Below are positions 19,825 to 28,215 of a DNA stretch of 64,000 nucleotides, piece by piece. Numbering within the stretch: the first letter of the stretch is position 1; every line of letters starts with the position of its first letter. The notes below the pieces were generated by a model, which was not told where the DNA came from, ran no database searches, and saw nothing but the letters and a program-made list of their open reading frames with translations. Source of the DNA: Candidatus Poribacteria bacterium (GTDB lineage: Bacteria > Poribacteria > WGA-4E > WGA-3G); NCBI GenBank assembly GCA_965215265.1, contig OZ244048.1, forward strand, positions 3,296,001-3,360,000. Direction: 5' to 3'. The position numbers were made by a program, and so were the translations under genes.

Positions 19825-20406
19825 ATGGTGCCTAATACCTCAGAAGTCCGTCCGATCAGTAACGCCCGGTTAGGCATATTAATTCTACTGGGTGCAGAGA
19901 TGATGCTGTTTTCCGGGCTTGTCGGTGCGTTTCTCGTGTTTCGGATGGGAAATGTCACATGGCCGCCCCCATCGCATATAGACATCCAGCTGCCTCGTGC
20001 CGTGACTGGGTTCAACACGGTTCTTTTGCTCATAAGCGGTTACACGATGTTTCGGGCACTGCGTGCAATTCAACAAGAACTGATATCGCAGCTCCGGAAT
20101 TGGCTGCTACTTACCGGTGCGTTAGGTTTACTTTTCCTTGTTATACAAGGAAGCGAATGGGCACAACTCATTAGCAATGGACTCACCCTCCAGTCGGGTG
20201 TCTATGGCGGTATCTTTTATGTGCTAATCGGGTGCCATGCGGTTCATGTGCTTGGTGCAGTTGTTTGGCTGCTTATCGTCTTGGGGCTGGCAATAGCTGG
20301 GTGCTTCTCGGCGGAGCGTCACACCGGGGTTGAGACGTGTGCCATCTACTGGATTTTTGTGGTTGCGCTTTGGCCGATGTTGTATGTTTTGGTGTATTTA
20401 CTATAG
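19825..20406 (+). CDS. coxC: Cytochrome c oxidase subunit III (short form, paralogue 1)
   Basis: AEMMLFSGL, NTVLLLISG, GCHAVHV, YWIFV. Confidence 0.88.
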   Translation: MVPNTSEVRPISNARLGILILLGAEMMLFSGLVGAFLVFRMGNVTWPPPSHIDIQLPRAVTGFNTVLLLISGYTMFRALRAIQQELISQLRNWLLLTGALGLLFLVIQGSEWAQLISNGLTLQSGVYGGIFYVLIGCHAVHVLGAVVWLLIVLGLAIAGCFSAERHTGVETCAIYWIFVVALWPMLYVLVYLL

Positions 20407-20420
20407 TGGAGGCTTCCATT

Positions 20421-20663
20421 ATGAAGTTAATATTTTGGGGTTCTGTCCTGATGCTCGTTATTCTGATTGCCCCGGCATGTCTTGAGGCATGCCCAGCTTG
20501 TAAAAATCTTGACGAGCCGATAGGAAGAGGTTTTAATTCAAGTATCTTTTTCCTGATGGCGATGCCGTTTACGGTTGTAGGGGTGATTGGTGGGAGCGTT
20601 TTCTATCATTATCGTCGAGCGAATCGAATATCGCCTAAAAAGGAGGCCGGTTTAGAGAAATAA
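20421..20663 (+). CDS. Small two-TM protein with ACPAC motif
   Basis: GGAGG RBS before ATG 20421; signal-like segment, CxxC, GFNSSIFFLMAMPF TM, basic tail. Confidence 0.7.
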   Translation: MKLIFWGSVLMLVILIAPACLEACPACKNLDEPIGRGFNSSIFFLMAMPFTVVGVIGGSVFYHYRRANRISPKKEAGLEK

Positions 20664-20789
20664 ATGACATGTTAGATTGCAAATTTCATCCTTCAAATAA
20701 TCTGGCAAAATACCGCAAATAAACGGAAAAAGAGTGGATTTGAGTCCTGATATTATGCTAACATGTAAACACGAAAGGAGTTAAGTATA

Positions 20790-21440
20790 GTGGAACACGC
20801 TAACAGTTTAGAGCAGACTGAAGACGTATATGAACCCTCGCTGACACCCGATAGCCTCGGCAAGCTCGGCATGTGGATTTTTCTCGTTGGGGATACGATG
20901 TCGTTTGGGGCGTTGCTCGCAGCCTATGCCGCTATCCGTGCTGGCGCGGGTGCTGTAGGCTGGTTACCGCCAAGCGAGGTGCTCGGGATTAACCTTACCG
21001 CTGCGATGACGTTTCTGCTGATTTGCAGCAGTGTCACAATGGTTAAGGCGCTCGAGTCAATTCAGAACGGTAACGTTTCAAGAATGTGTACCTTTCTCGG
21101 GTTAACCATCGCTGGAGGTATCATCTTCCTCGGCTTGCAAGCGTATGAATGGACGGAGTTAATTAAACACGGGTTGACGCTAACCAGCATTCCTGACCAC
21201 GGGTTATCAGGCGCGGCGATTAGCGGTTCAACGCTTTTCGGCCCCACCTTTTATACTATCACCGGATTTCACGGATTGCACGTCACGGGTGGTGTCATCT
21301 ATCTCATCGTTATACTGATACACGGTTTACGGGGCAGGTATACTGCCGAGTTTAACCATGAAGTTGAAATCGTCGGCTTGTATTGGCACTTCGTCGATCT
21401 CATTTGGATTATGGTTTTCACCTTTATCTATCTACTCTAG
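20790..21440 (+). CDS. coxC: Cytochrome c oxidase subunit III (short form, paralogue 2)
   Basis: KLGMWIFL, TGFHGLHV, YWHFVDLIW. Confidence 0.92.
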   Translation: MEHANSLEQTEDVYEPSLTPDSLGKLGMWIFLVGDTMSFGALLAAYAAIRAGAGAVGWLPPSEVLGINLTAAMTFLLICSSVTMVKALESIQNGNVSRMCTFLGLTIAGGIIFLGLQAYEWTELIKHGLTLTSIPDHGLSGAAISGSTLFGPTFYTITGFHGLHVTGGVIYLIVILIHGLRGRYTAEFNHEVEIVGLYWHFVDLIWIMVFTFIYLL

Positions 21441-21452
21441 GAGGACATAACA

Positions 21453-21791
21453 GTGGCAGATACGCCTCACAAAGAGCATCCGAAATACATAAAAATATTC
21501 GTGTGGCTTGCAGTACTGACTGCGGTTGAAATTTTTGTTGCAATGCCAGAATATTCTACTGTTCTCAAAGCAATCTTACTAATCGGCTTGGCCTGTTCGA
21601 AGGCAATCTTAGTGGCTAACTATTTCATGCACCTGAAATTTGAGAGGCGGACGTTGGCCTGGATAGTGATAACTCCGTTTCTTATCTGTGTTTTGCTGGT
21701 TCTGATGCTGATGCCGGACCTGACCTCAAAAGGGCGGCATGATGCGCTGGTTGCACCAACAACCGAAGTTGTCGATACGTCGTCTCATTAA
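21453..21791 (+). CDS. ctaF: Cytochrome c oxidase subunit IV (CtaF/CyoD family)
   Basis: LAVLTAVE, KAILVANYFMHLKFE; three TM helices. Confidence 0.88.
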   Translation: MADTPHKEHPKYIKIFVWLAVLTAVEIFVAMPEYSTVLKAILLIGLACSKAILVANYFMHLKFERRTLAWIVITPFLICVLLVLMLMPDLTSKGRHDALVAPTTEVVDTSSH

Positions 21792-21958
21792 CTTAATTAT
21801 CGGAAAGATGATGTGGCGTTGAGGCATAATAGAATTTCTTGGAAGTAAAACCGCGTGTTGCTGCGAGTGTGTGATATAGGGCATCCCGCTTCCGAGATGG
21901 GATTCTAATTCTCTTGAGAATTGAATAGCACTGCTAACTATTAGCTAGGTTCGGAAAT

Positions 21959-22618
21959 ATGGAAACACAAACAGGTAGCGCCAGCGAGTCTGAACGGCGA
22001 ATTGACAAAAGTACCTTGATCTGGGTGGCGCTAGGCATCATCATCGTAGGTGTCGCCGGCTTCAATCTGTGGGCTGTGCTCGGTAAAAAACCGGTGCCAA
22101 CATCTCAGCTTGCCCCGGCTCCTGTACCGGACTTTACCTTAATCAACCAGCTGGGGCAGCCATTAGGGCTGGAAGAGCTGATAGGCAAAATTTGGGTTGC
22201 TGATTTCATTTTTACACATTGTCCAACAATTTGCCCAATGATGACACAAGAAATGGCACGTCTGCAATCTGAATTTGTAGACAAACCTATCTACTTCGTC
22301 TCTTTCTCTGTAGATGCTGAGCGGGATAGCCCGGAGGTCCTTTCTCGGTACGCAGCGCAATACGGTGCAGACGCGAGACGGTGGTATTTCCTTACGGGCG
22401 AAAGGGAGAGAATTTACGAGTTAGCAAAGAAAGGCTTTAAATTAGCCGCCGGACATCGAGGGAGTGAAATTCTACATAGTACGCGGTTTGTTCTGGTTGG
22501 CCGAGATGGGAACATCTATGGCCGATATGATAGTCGCAGTAAACCGGCGCTTTCGCGTCTCCGGCGTGACATCAACCTCCTTCTTGGGGGCTCGTTCTCG
22601 CCCACTGTGAATCAATGA
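21959..22618 (+). CDS. SCO family copper chaperone
   Basis: FIFTHCPTICP, distal HS, N-terminal anchor. Confidence 0.92.
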   Translation: METQTGSASESERRIDKSTLIWVALGIIIVGVAGFNLWAVLGKKPVPTSQLAPAPVPDFTLINQLGQPLGLEELIGKIWVADFIFTHCPTICPMMTQEMARLQSEFVDKPIYFVSFSVDAERDSPEVLSRYAAQYGADARRWYFLTGERERIYELAKKGFKLAAGHRGSEILHSTRFVLVGRDGNIYGRYDSRSKPALSRLRRDINLLLGGSFSPTVNQ

Positions 22619-22881
22619 TAAATAACTTGCCTCCTGGGTTGATTTCCTGCGTAATCTTTTTGATTCACGTCCCTTTTGGTTTTTTGCGCGTCAGATATAA
22701 AAAATTCAGTCGTCCTTGGGGCCGATGCCTCTACATTCCGATTATGCTGAATATCATTGCCCGGCGGTTTATCCTTAACTGGGATTGGAAAACTGCCATA
22801 GTTTACTTATGGACGGCAACTCTATTAGCCCATATCATCGCGGGGTATTGGGGTTCGCAACGTAAATCCGATGGCACGTAG
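22615..22881 (+). CDS. Small membrane protein
   Basis: ATGA overlap with the SCO stop; hydrophobic; PFG...KFSRPW pattern. Confidence 0.6.
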   Translation: MINNLPPGLISCVIFLIHVPFGFLRVRYKKFSRPWGRCLYIPIMLNIIARRFILNWDWKTAIVYLWTATLLAHIIAGYWGSQRKSDGT

Positions 22882-22936
22882 AAGATCCGATGAGATTTTT
22901 CGACAACATCCCTTTGATGCGAAGCAAGGACTAAAA

Positions 22937-24835
22937 ATGCTTAAGAAAATTTATGTTCCTGTTGATAATTCTGACTACTCAGACGCAAGTATCGCCTTAG
23001 GCGTTGAATTCGCAAGGAAATTTGGTTCTCACCTTGTGGGTTCGCACGTCTATGCAGCGAAAATGCATGACGTGCGCTTTAAACAGATGGAATATACCCT
23101 ACCTGAAGAGTACCAAGACGAGGTTGAACTAGAAAAGCAACGGCGTATCCACGATACTCTCATCACTATGGGGCTGCAACTCATTTCTGATTCATACCTT
23201 GAGGTGATGAAGCAGAAATGCGAACAGTTTAACATCCCCTTTGAAGCGAAGATGCCGGAAGGGAAGCATTTCATCAAATTGGTGGAAGATATTCACCAGA
23301 GTGACTACGATCTGGTTATTATGGGTGCACTGGGAATGGGAGCGGTGAAGGATAGTCTGATAGGGGGTGTTTGTGAACGTGTTGTCCGACGGACCAGAAC
23401 GGATACATTGATTGTCCGGAATCTTGAACCTGTCGAAGAGCAAACCGGCAACATCCTCGTCGGCATTGACGGGAGTCCCGAATCTTTCGCTGGATTAAAA
23501 ACCGCTATCAAACTCGGACAAGCGTTTAATAAACAGGTCGAAGCTGTTGGTGTTTATGATCCTTACTTACACTACATTGTTTTCAATTCGGTTGTTAATG
23601 TCCTAACCGAACGTGCGGCTAGAACCTTCAGATTTAAAGAACAAGAGCAATTACATGAAGAAGTCATTGATACGGGCTTAGCAAAAATTTATCAGTCTCA
23701 CCTTGAAGTTGCACGCGCAATCGCTAAAGAAGAGCACGATTACACGCTAAAAATCACCTTGCTTGATGGAAAGGCCTACGAAAAGATTCTGCAATACATC
23801 CGTAAAACAGATACCTGGCTCCTTGTCCTCGGTAGGATCGGTGTCCACAGCGAGCAAGATATGGACATTGGCAGTAACACCGAGAATTTATTACGTCTCG
23901 TGCCCTGTAACGTTCTACTCTCAAGCGAACGTTACTTTCCACAGATTGATATCAAGGCGGAAGAGACGCTTGTCTGGACGCAAGAGGCGTTAGATAGAAT
24001 GGAAAAAGCGCCGCCCCTCGTACGGGGTATTGCCAAAACAGCGGTGCATCGGTTTGCAATTGAGCGCGGGCATTCTGTGATTACGGAGAGTGTCATAGAC
24101 AAAGCGATGGAGGCGATTATGCCGCAACGTGCCTCTGAAAAGTTGACGCGTGTCGCCAAAGAAATTGCAGAACAGCAGGTTTTAGAGTCGGATGCCGTGC
24201 GTACCTATATCTGTGGTGAGTGCGGTTATGCAGCACACAATCAACAACCGATCAAGTGCCCTGTCTGCAGTGCTTCTCCTGAGCGTTTTCAAATGGTTGA
24301 CAAAAGTTCGCTTGAGCATATCGCCGTTGACGAAGGGGGGGCTGCTGAAGAGGAGACGTTTGATGGTGTGCGCCTGAAATGGTCTGAAGAGTCTAAAAAA
24401 GCGCTGCGGCGTGTGCCGCGCGGCTATATGCGGCGGAACGTTAAGGCACGCATTGAGAAATCTGCACGTTCACAAAAAATCGGTACCATCACGAACGCCT
24501 TCGCAACACAGATTATTGATGAAAATATGGGCGAAGCAGCCGCTGTTAGAGAAGACGCACCTGAGCTTCGGGCAGTCGGTGCAACAGCACGCACACAATC
24601 CGAATCCAGCGTTGAGAATTTTGAAAGTCCTCTCGAATGGACAGAGGCAGCAGTTGAACGATTGAATTTAGTACCCGCCGGTTTTATGCGAAATATTACC
24701 AAAACTCGTATTGAACAGCGAGCACAAGAAACAGAGATTGAACAAGTAACGCTTGACTTCGCCGCACGTGTCATTGAAGATGGACGCAGCCTCGCTAATG
24801 AAATCCTCGGACAGTATTATCAACAACCCAGTTAA
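22937..24835 (+). CDS. Tandem universal stress protein fused to PCP_red, rubredoxin-like, PCP_red and PCP_red modules
   Basis: Two USP domains (IYVPVDNS...MGALGMG; ILVGIDGS...LGRIG...GSNTE); CGECGY...CPVC; three W-x2-[ED]/A...P...R...IT modules. Confidence 0.85.
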   Translation: MLKKIYVPVDNSDYSDASIALGVEFARKFGSHLVGSHVYAAKMHDVRFKQMEYTLPEEYQDEVELEKQRRIHDTLITMGLQLISDSYLEVMKQKCEQFNIPFEAKMPEGKHFIKLVEDIHQSDYDLVIMGALGMGAVKDSLIGGVCERVVRRTRTDTLIVRNLEPVEEQTGNILVGIDGSPESFAGLKTAIKLGQAFNKQVEAVGVYDPYLHYIVFNSVVNVLTERAARTFRFKEQEQLHEEVIDTGLAKIYQSHLEVARAIAKEEHDYTLKITLLDGKAYEKILQYIRKTDTWLLVLGRIGVHSEQDMDIGSNTENLLRLVPCNVLLSSERYFPQIDIKAEETLVWTQEALDRMEKAPPLVRGIAKTAVHRFAIERGHSVITESVIDKAMEAIMPQRASEKLTRVAKEIAEQQVLESDAVRTYICGECGYAAHNQQPIKCPVCSASPERFQMVDKSSLEHIAVDEGGAAEEETFDGVRLKWSEESKKALRRVPRGYMRRNVKARIEKSARSQKIGTITNAFATQIIDENMGEAAAVREDAPELRAVGATARTQSESSVENFESPLEWTEAAVERLNLVPAGFMRNITKTRIEQRAQETEIEQVTLDFAARVIEDGRSLANEILGQYYQQPS

Positions 24836-24909
24836 GAATAAACTCTAACAGAGACGTTCAGAGCCGCAATGGGGATTGCTACAGCACATCTCAAAACAGA
24901 AGGTAAATT

Positions 24910-25338
24910 ATGAACGGGTATCCGACGGTCACTATCCACATTCTAGGGCCGAACGAAGGGATAGCAGAAGGCAAAAATAAGGGCTTATGGTTTAAGCTAA
25001 GATCAGAGCCGCCACCGACAAAAGACCTTGTCGTAGGCTTGAAGGTCCAGTCGTCTAACGGAGAGGTTAAACAGTTCAACACAATCGTAATCCCTAAACA
25101 TGAAACCTATTCCGCTGATCTTTTTTACAAAACAGTGGAAGGGCACACCGACGTATGGCTGGAAATAGAACCGGTTGCTTCGCTTTCCGCAATAGAGTTG
25201 CCTACTGTTACAAATGAAGGCTACGTTATAGAGGCGAGGCATGAGTTTTCAGAGTACAGCATAGGAGACTTATCGAAAATAGTTCCTTACCAGTGGAATG
25301 GACCCGAGAGAGGGCTATGGACAGATGAAAAACTTTAA
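24910..25338 (+). CDS. Hypothetical protein (beta-rich)
   Basis: 142-aa ORF with an AAGGT RBS filling the intergenic gap; no recognised motif. Confidence 0.55.
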   Translation: MNGYPTVTIHILGPNEGIAEGKNKGLWFKLRSEPPPTKDLVVGLKVQSSNGEVKQFNTIVIPKHETYSADLFYKTVEGHTDVWLEIEPVASLSAIELPTVTNEGYVIEARHEFSEYSIGDLSKIVPYQWNGPERGLWTDEKL

Positions 25339-25405
25339 ACTTGGGTAGCAACGTATACGGCTAAATCCTCCGCTCAATGTGATTCACTAAAAAAACGGAG
25401 TTTTC

Positions 25406-26689
25406 ATGATGCAAAAACAGATTTTAAGAAACACCTTAATTCTCTTATTCTTGGTGCTGCCGCTAATCAGCAGCAGTTTCGCGGAAAACTGGCCCCGTTG
25501 GCGTGGACCGAGAAACGATGGTACAAGCGCCGAAACCGGTGTTCCCACCCACTGGTCCGGTACCGAGAATGTGCGCTGGCGTTTGGCTCTTCCGGGCGAA
25601 GCGGCTTCAACCCCGATCGTGTGGGGAGACCGGATTTTCCTCACGACTGCCGACGGCAGAGATGAGCTCGCACTCCTCTGTATCACGACTGAGGGCAGCA
25701 TTTTGTGGAAACAGACCTTAGGGAGCGGCAATCGCAGTATCCGGCGGGGTGAAGCCAACCTTGCAGCCCCCTCCCCGTCAACCGATGGCGAACACGTCTG
25801 GACCTTCATTGGAAACGGTAACCTCGCGTGCCATGACGTGGAAGGAAACCGGGTCTGGGAAATAAACCTACAGGAACGTTACGGCACTTTTAACCTCTAC
25901 TTTGTTATGTCGACCTCCCCGCTGCTGGACAGAGACAGGCTATACATCCAACTTATTCACAGCAACGCGTGGCTGGTGCTGGCCTTGGACAAAGCAAACG
26001 GTTCAGAGATCTGGAGGCATGAACGTCAAAGCGATGCGACCTCTGAATGCGAACAAGCTTATACCTCGCCGGTTCTCTACCGTGACGCTGAGCGTGAATT
26101 TCTGGTTGTTCATGGTGCGGACTACGTTACCGCCCATAGTCTTGAAGATGGTAGTGAAATATGGCGCTGCGGCGGGCTAAATCCGGTTTCGAGTTATAAC
26201 TATTCACTCCGTTTTGTGGCTTCCCCGGTCGTAAGGGATGGGCTTATTGTGGTTCCTTCTGCAAAAAACGGTCCTGTTTTAGGCATTGATCCGGCGGCAC
26301 AGGATAAGGACATAACCGATAGCAGATGGCAACTCTGGAAGCTTTCAAAAGGTACGCCGGACGTTCCTTCTCCACTCATCCACGACGGCTTAGTCTATCT
26401 GTGCCGGGAAAACGGTGACCTGCTATGCATTGATGCCAAAACAGGTGAGCAGCTTTACCGTGAACGTACTCATCGGCATAGACATCGTGCGTCGCCGGTT
26501 TACGCAAACGGTTTTATCTATCTAACCGCCCGCGATGGCGTGGTCAGCGTCGTCAAAGCAGGGCGTGAATTTGAATTAGTTGCAACCAATTCGATAGGCG
26601 AAGAGGTTGCCGCTTCGCCTGTTGTCGCGAATGGTACACTCTACCTCCGCAGCTACGACGCGCTCTATGCTATCGGGGTGAAAAAGTGA
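25406..26689 (+). CDS. PQQ-binding-like / BamB-like beta-propeller protein
   Basis: Signal peptide, ENWPRWRGP, repeated SP...G...W blades. Confidence 0.9.
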   Translation: MMQKQILRNTLILLFLVLPLISSSFAENWPRWRGPRNDGTSAETGVPTHWSGTENVRWRLALPGEAASTPIVWGDRIFLTTADGRDELALLCITTEGSILWKQTLGSGNRSIRRGEANLAAPSPSTDGEHVWTFIGNGNLACHDVEGNRVWEINLQERYGTFNLYFVMSTSPLLDRDRLYIQLIHSNAWLVLALDKANGSEIWRHERQSDATSECEQAYTSPVLYRDAEREFLVVHGADYVTAHSLEDGSEIWRCGGLNPVSSYNYSLRFVASPVVRDGLIVVPSAKNGPVLGIDPAAQDKDITDSRWQLWKLSKGTPDVPSPLIHDGLVYLCRENGDLLCIDAKTGEQLYRERTHRHRHRASPVYANGFIYLTARDGVVSVVKAGREFELVATNSIGEEVAASPVVANGTLYLRSYDALYAIGVKK

Positions 26690-27561
26690 AAAGTTACAAG
26701 GAACTACCGGGTGATGCGGGGTCCAACATTGTGGGGCAAGTTAGCGCCCAACACGCCCGTCTTCGAAAGCGGCTCGGCACGGTAAAACATACCGTCGCTG
26801 TTATGAGTGGAAAAGGTGGTGTTGGTAAAAGTGCTGTCACGGCAAATCTGGCGAATGCACTCGCATTACTAGGGCTTTCTATTGGTGTCGTGGATGCGGA
26901 TATCAACGGTCCCACACTAGCGAAAATGATGGGTGTGCGACATGCGGCAGTCAATGCGACAACTAACGGGGTTAAACCTGCGATTAACACGCTCGGTGTC
27001 AAAGTCATCTCAATGGATTTACTGCTCGCTGAAGACGATGCGCCTGTGTTGTGGCATGCTCCTACTCAGAAAGATGCATTCACATGGCGCAGCACAATGG
27101 AAGTAGGCGCGCTGCGAGAATTCATCGCTGACACCGAGTGGGGAACGCTTGATTACCTTCTCCTCGATCTTCCCCCAGGAACCGATAGGCTCCCCAATGT
27201 CGTAGAGCTTATACCGGACCTCGGTGGTGTCATCGTTGTAACGATACCCTCTGATATTTCGCAATTCATCGTAAAAAAATCGGTGACAATGGCACATAAC
27301 ATCCTCAACGTTCCTATTATCGATATTGTGCAAAATATGACAGTTTATGTGTGTCAGCACTGTGGTAAACAAGAGCCGCTCTTTGCAACAGATCACCCGA
27401 TCAGCAAGGAGGGCCCGCTGAGTCAGATACCGTTTGACCCGGATCTCTCACGTTGTAGTGATAAAGGTACACCTTATGTGCATCAATACCCAGAACGTCC
27501 CGCGAGCAAAGCATTCACCGGGGTTGCCGAAAAACTTCAACGTTTCTTTAAAAAGGAGTAA
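26686..27561 (+). CDS. mrp: Mrp/NBP35 (ApbC) family P-loop ATPase
   Basis: SGKGGVGKS, DADINGP, WGTLDYLLLDLPPGT, QNM...CQHC. Confidence 0.92.
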   Translation: MKSYKELPGDAGSNIVGQVSAQHARLRKRLGTVKHTVAVMSGKGGVGKSAVTANLANALALLGLSIGVVDADINGPTLAKMMGVRHAAVNATTNGVKPAINTLGVKVISMDLLLAEDDAPVLWHAPTQKDAFTWRSTMEVGALREFIADTEWGTLDYLLLDLPPGTDRLPNVVELIPDLGGVIVVTIPSDISQFIVKKSVTMAHNILNVPIIDIVQNMTVYVCQHCGKQEPLFATDHPISKEGPLSQIPFDPDLSRCSDKGTPYVHQYPERPASKAFTGVAEKLQRFFKKE

Positions 27562-27564
27562 AAA

Positions 27565-28092
27565 TTGAAATTCTTATGCCGCGAATGCGATACCGCCATG
27601 AAATTTAAAGAGGTCATGCGCCCGGAGCAAGGATCTGTGACTGCAGTTTTTGAGTGCCCCGACTGTTTCACTGAGATTGCTATGTTTCTCAATCCTTGGG
27701 AGACGCAGATGCTCAAATCCTTGGATGTACAATTAGGTGGGAGCAACGAATCGGCGCAGCCGATGCAGATGATCCGGTCTCAACTTGAAACTGCGAAGCG
27801 TGAACCGATGCCTAATCCGGTTCCTATGGAAATAAGTTCAGGAGAAACCGCTGAGGGCGGCAGATGTCCCTTCACCTCCGTGATTTCGGAGGCTTTTGAG
27901 GAAGCACCTAAACCCGAACCGACAGCTCCCACTTGGTCAACTGAAGCCTTAGAACGGCTAGAAAGGATTCCGAGTTTCGTGCGCCCCATGGCAAAGATGG
28001 GTATTGAAAGTTTCGCAAAAGAGAATGGGCACACTGAAATTACGGCAGAAGTTATGGATGCTGCACGTGGAAATTTTCCCACACAGGTCTAA
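27565..28092 (+). CDS. Zn-ribbon protein with C-terminal PCP_red module
   Basis: CREC...CPDC, a CPF motif, WSTEALERLERIPSFVRPMAKMGIESFAKENGHTEITAEVMDAA; AAGGAG RBS before a TTG start. Confidence 0.82.
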   Translation: MKFLCRECDTAMKFKEVMRPEQGSVTAVFECPDCFTEIAMFLNPWETQMLKSLDVQLGGSNESAQPMQMIRSQLETAKREPMPNPVPMEISSGETAEGGRCPFTSVISEAFEEAPKPEPTAPTWSTEALERLERIPSFVRPMAKMGIESFAKENGHTEITAEVMDAARGNFPTQV

Positions 28093-28215
28093 ATTTTATA
28101 ATAGTGCAATTGTTGACGCATCCCTATGCCCTCTTTATAAGGATTTTTACCAAACGCTGGAGCATTTCGAGCGCTGGATCCGGTTGTTGATAATCTATAA
28201 AAAAAGGAAATATCC

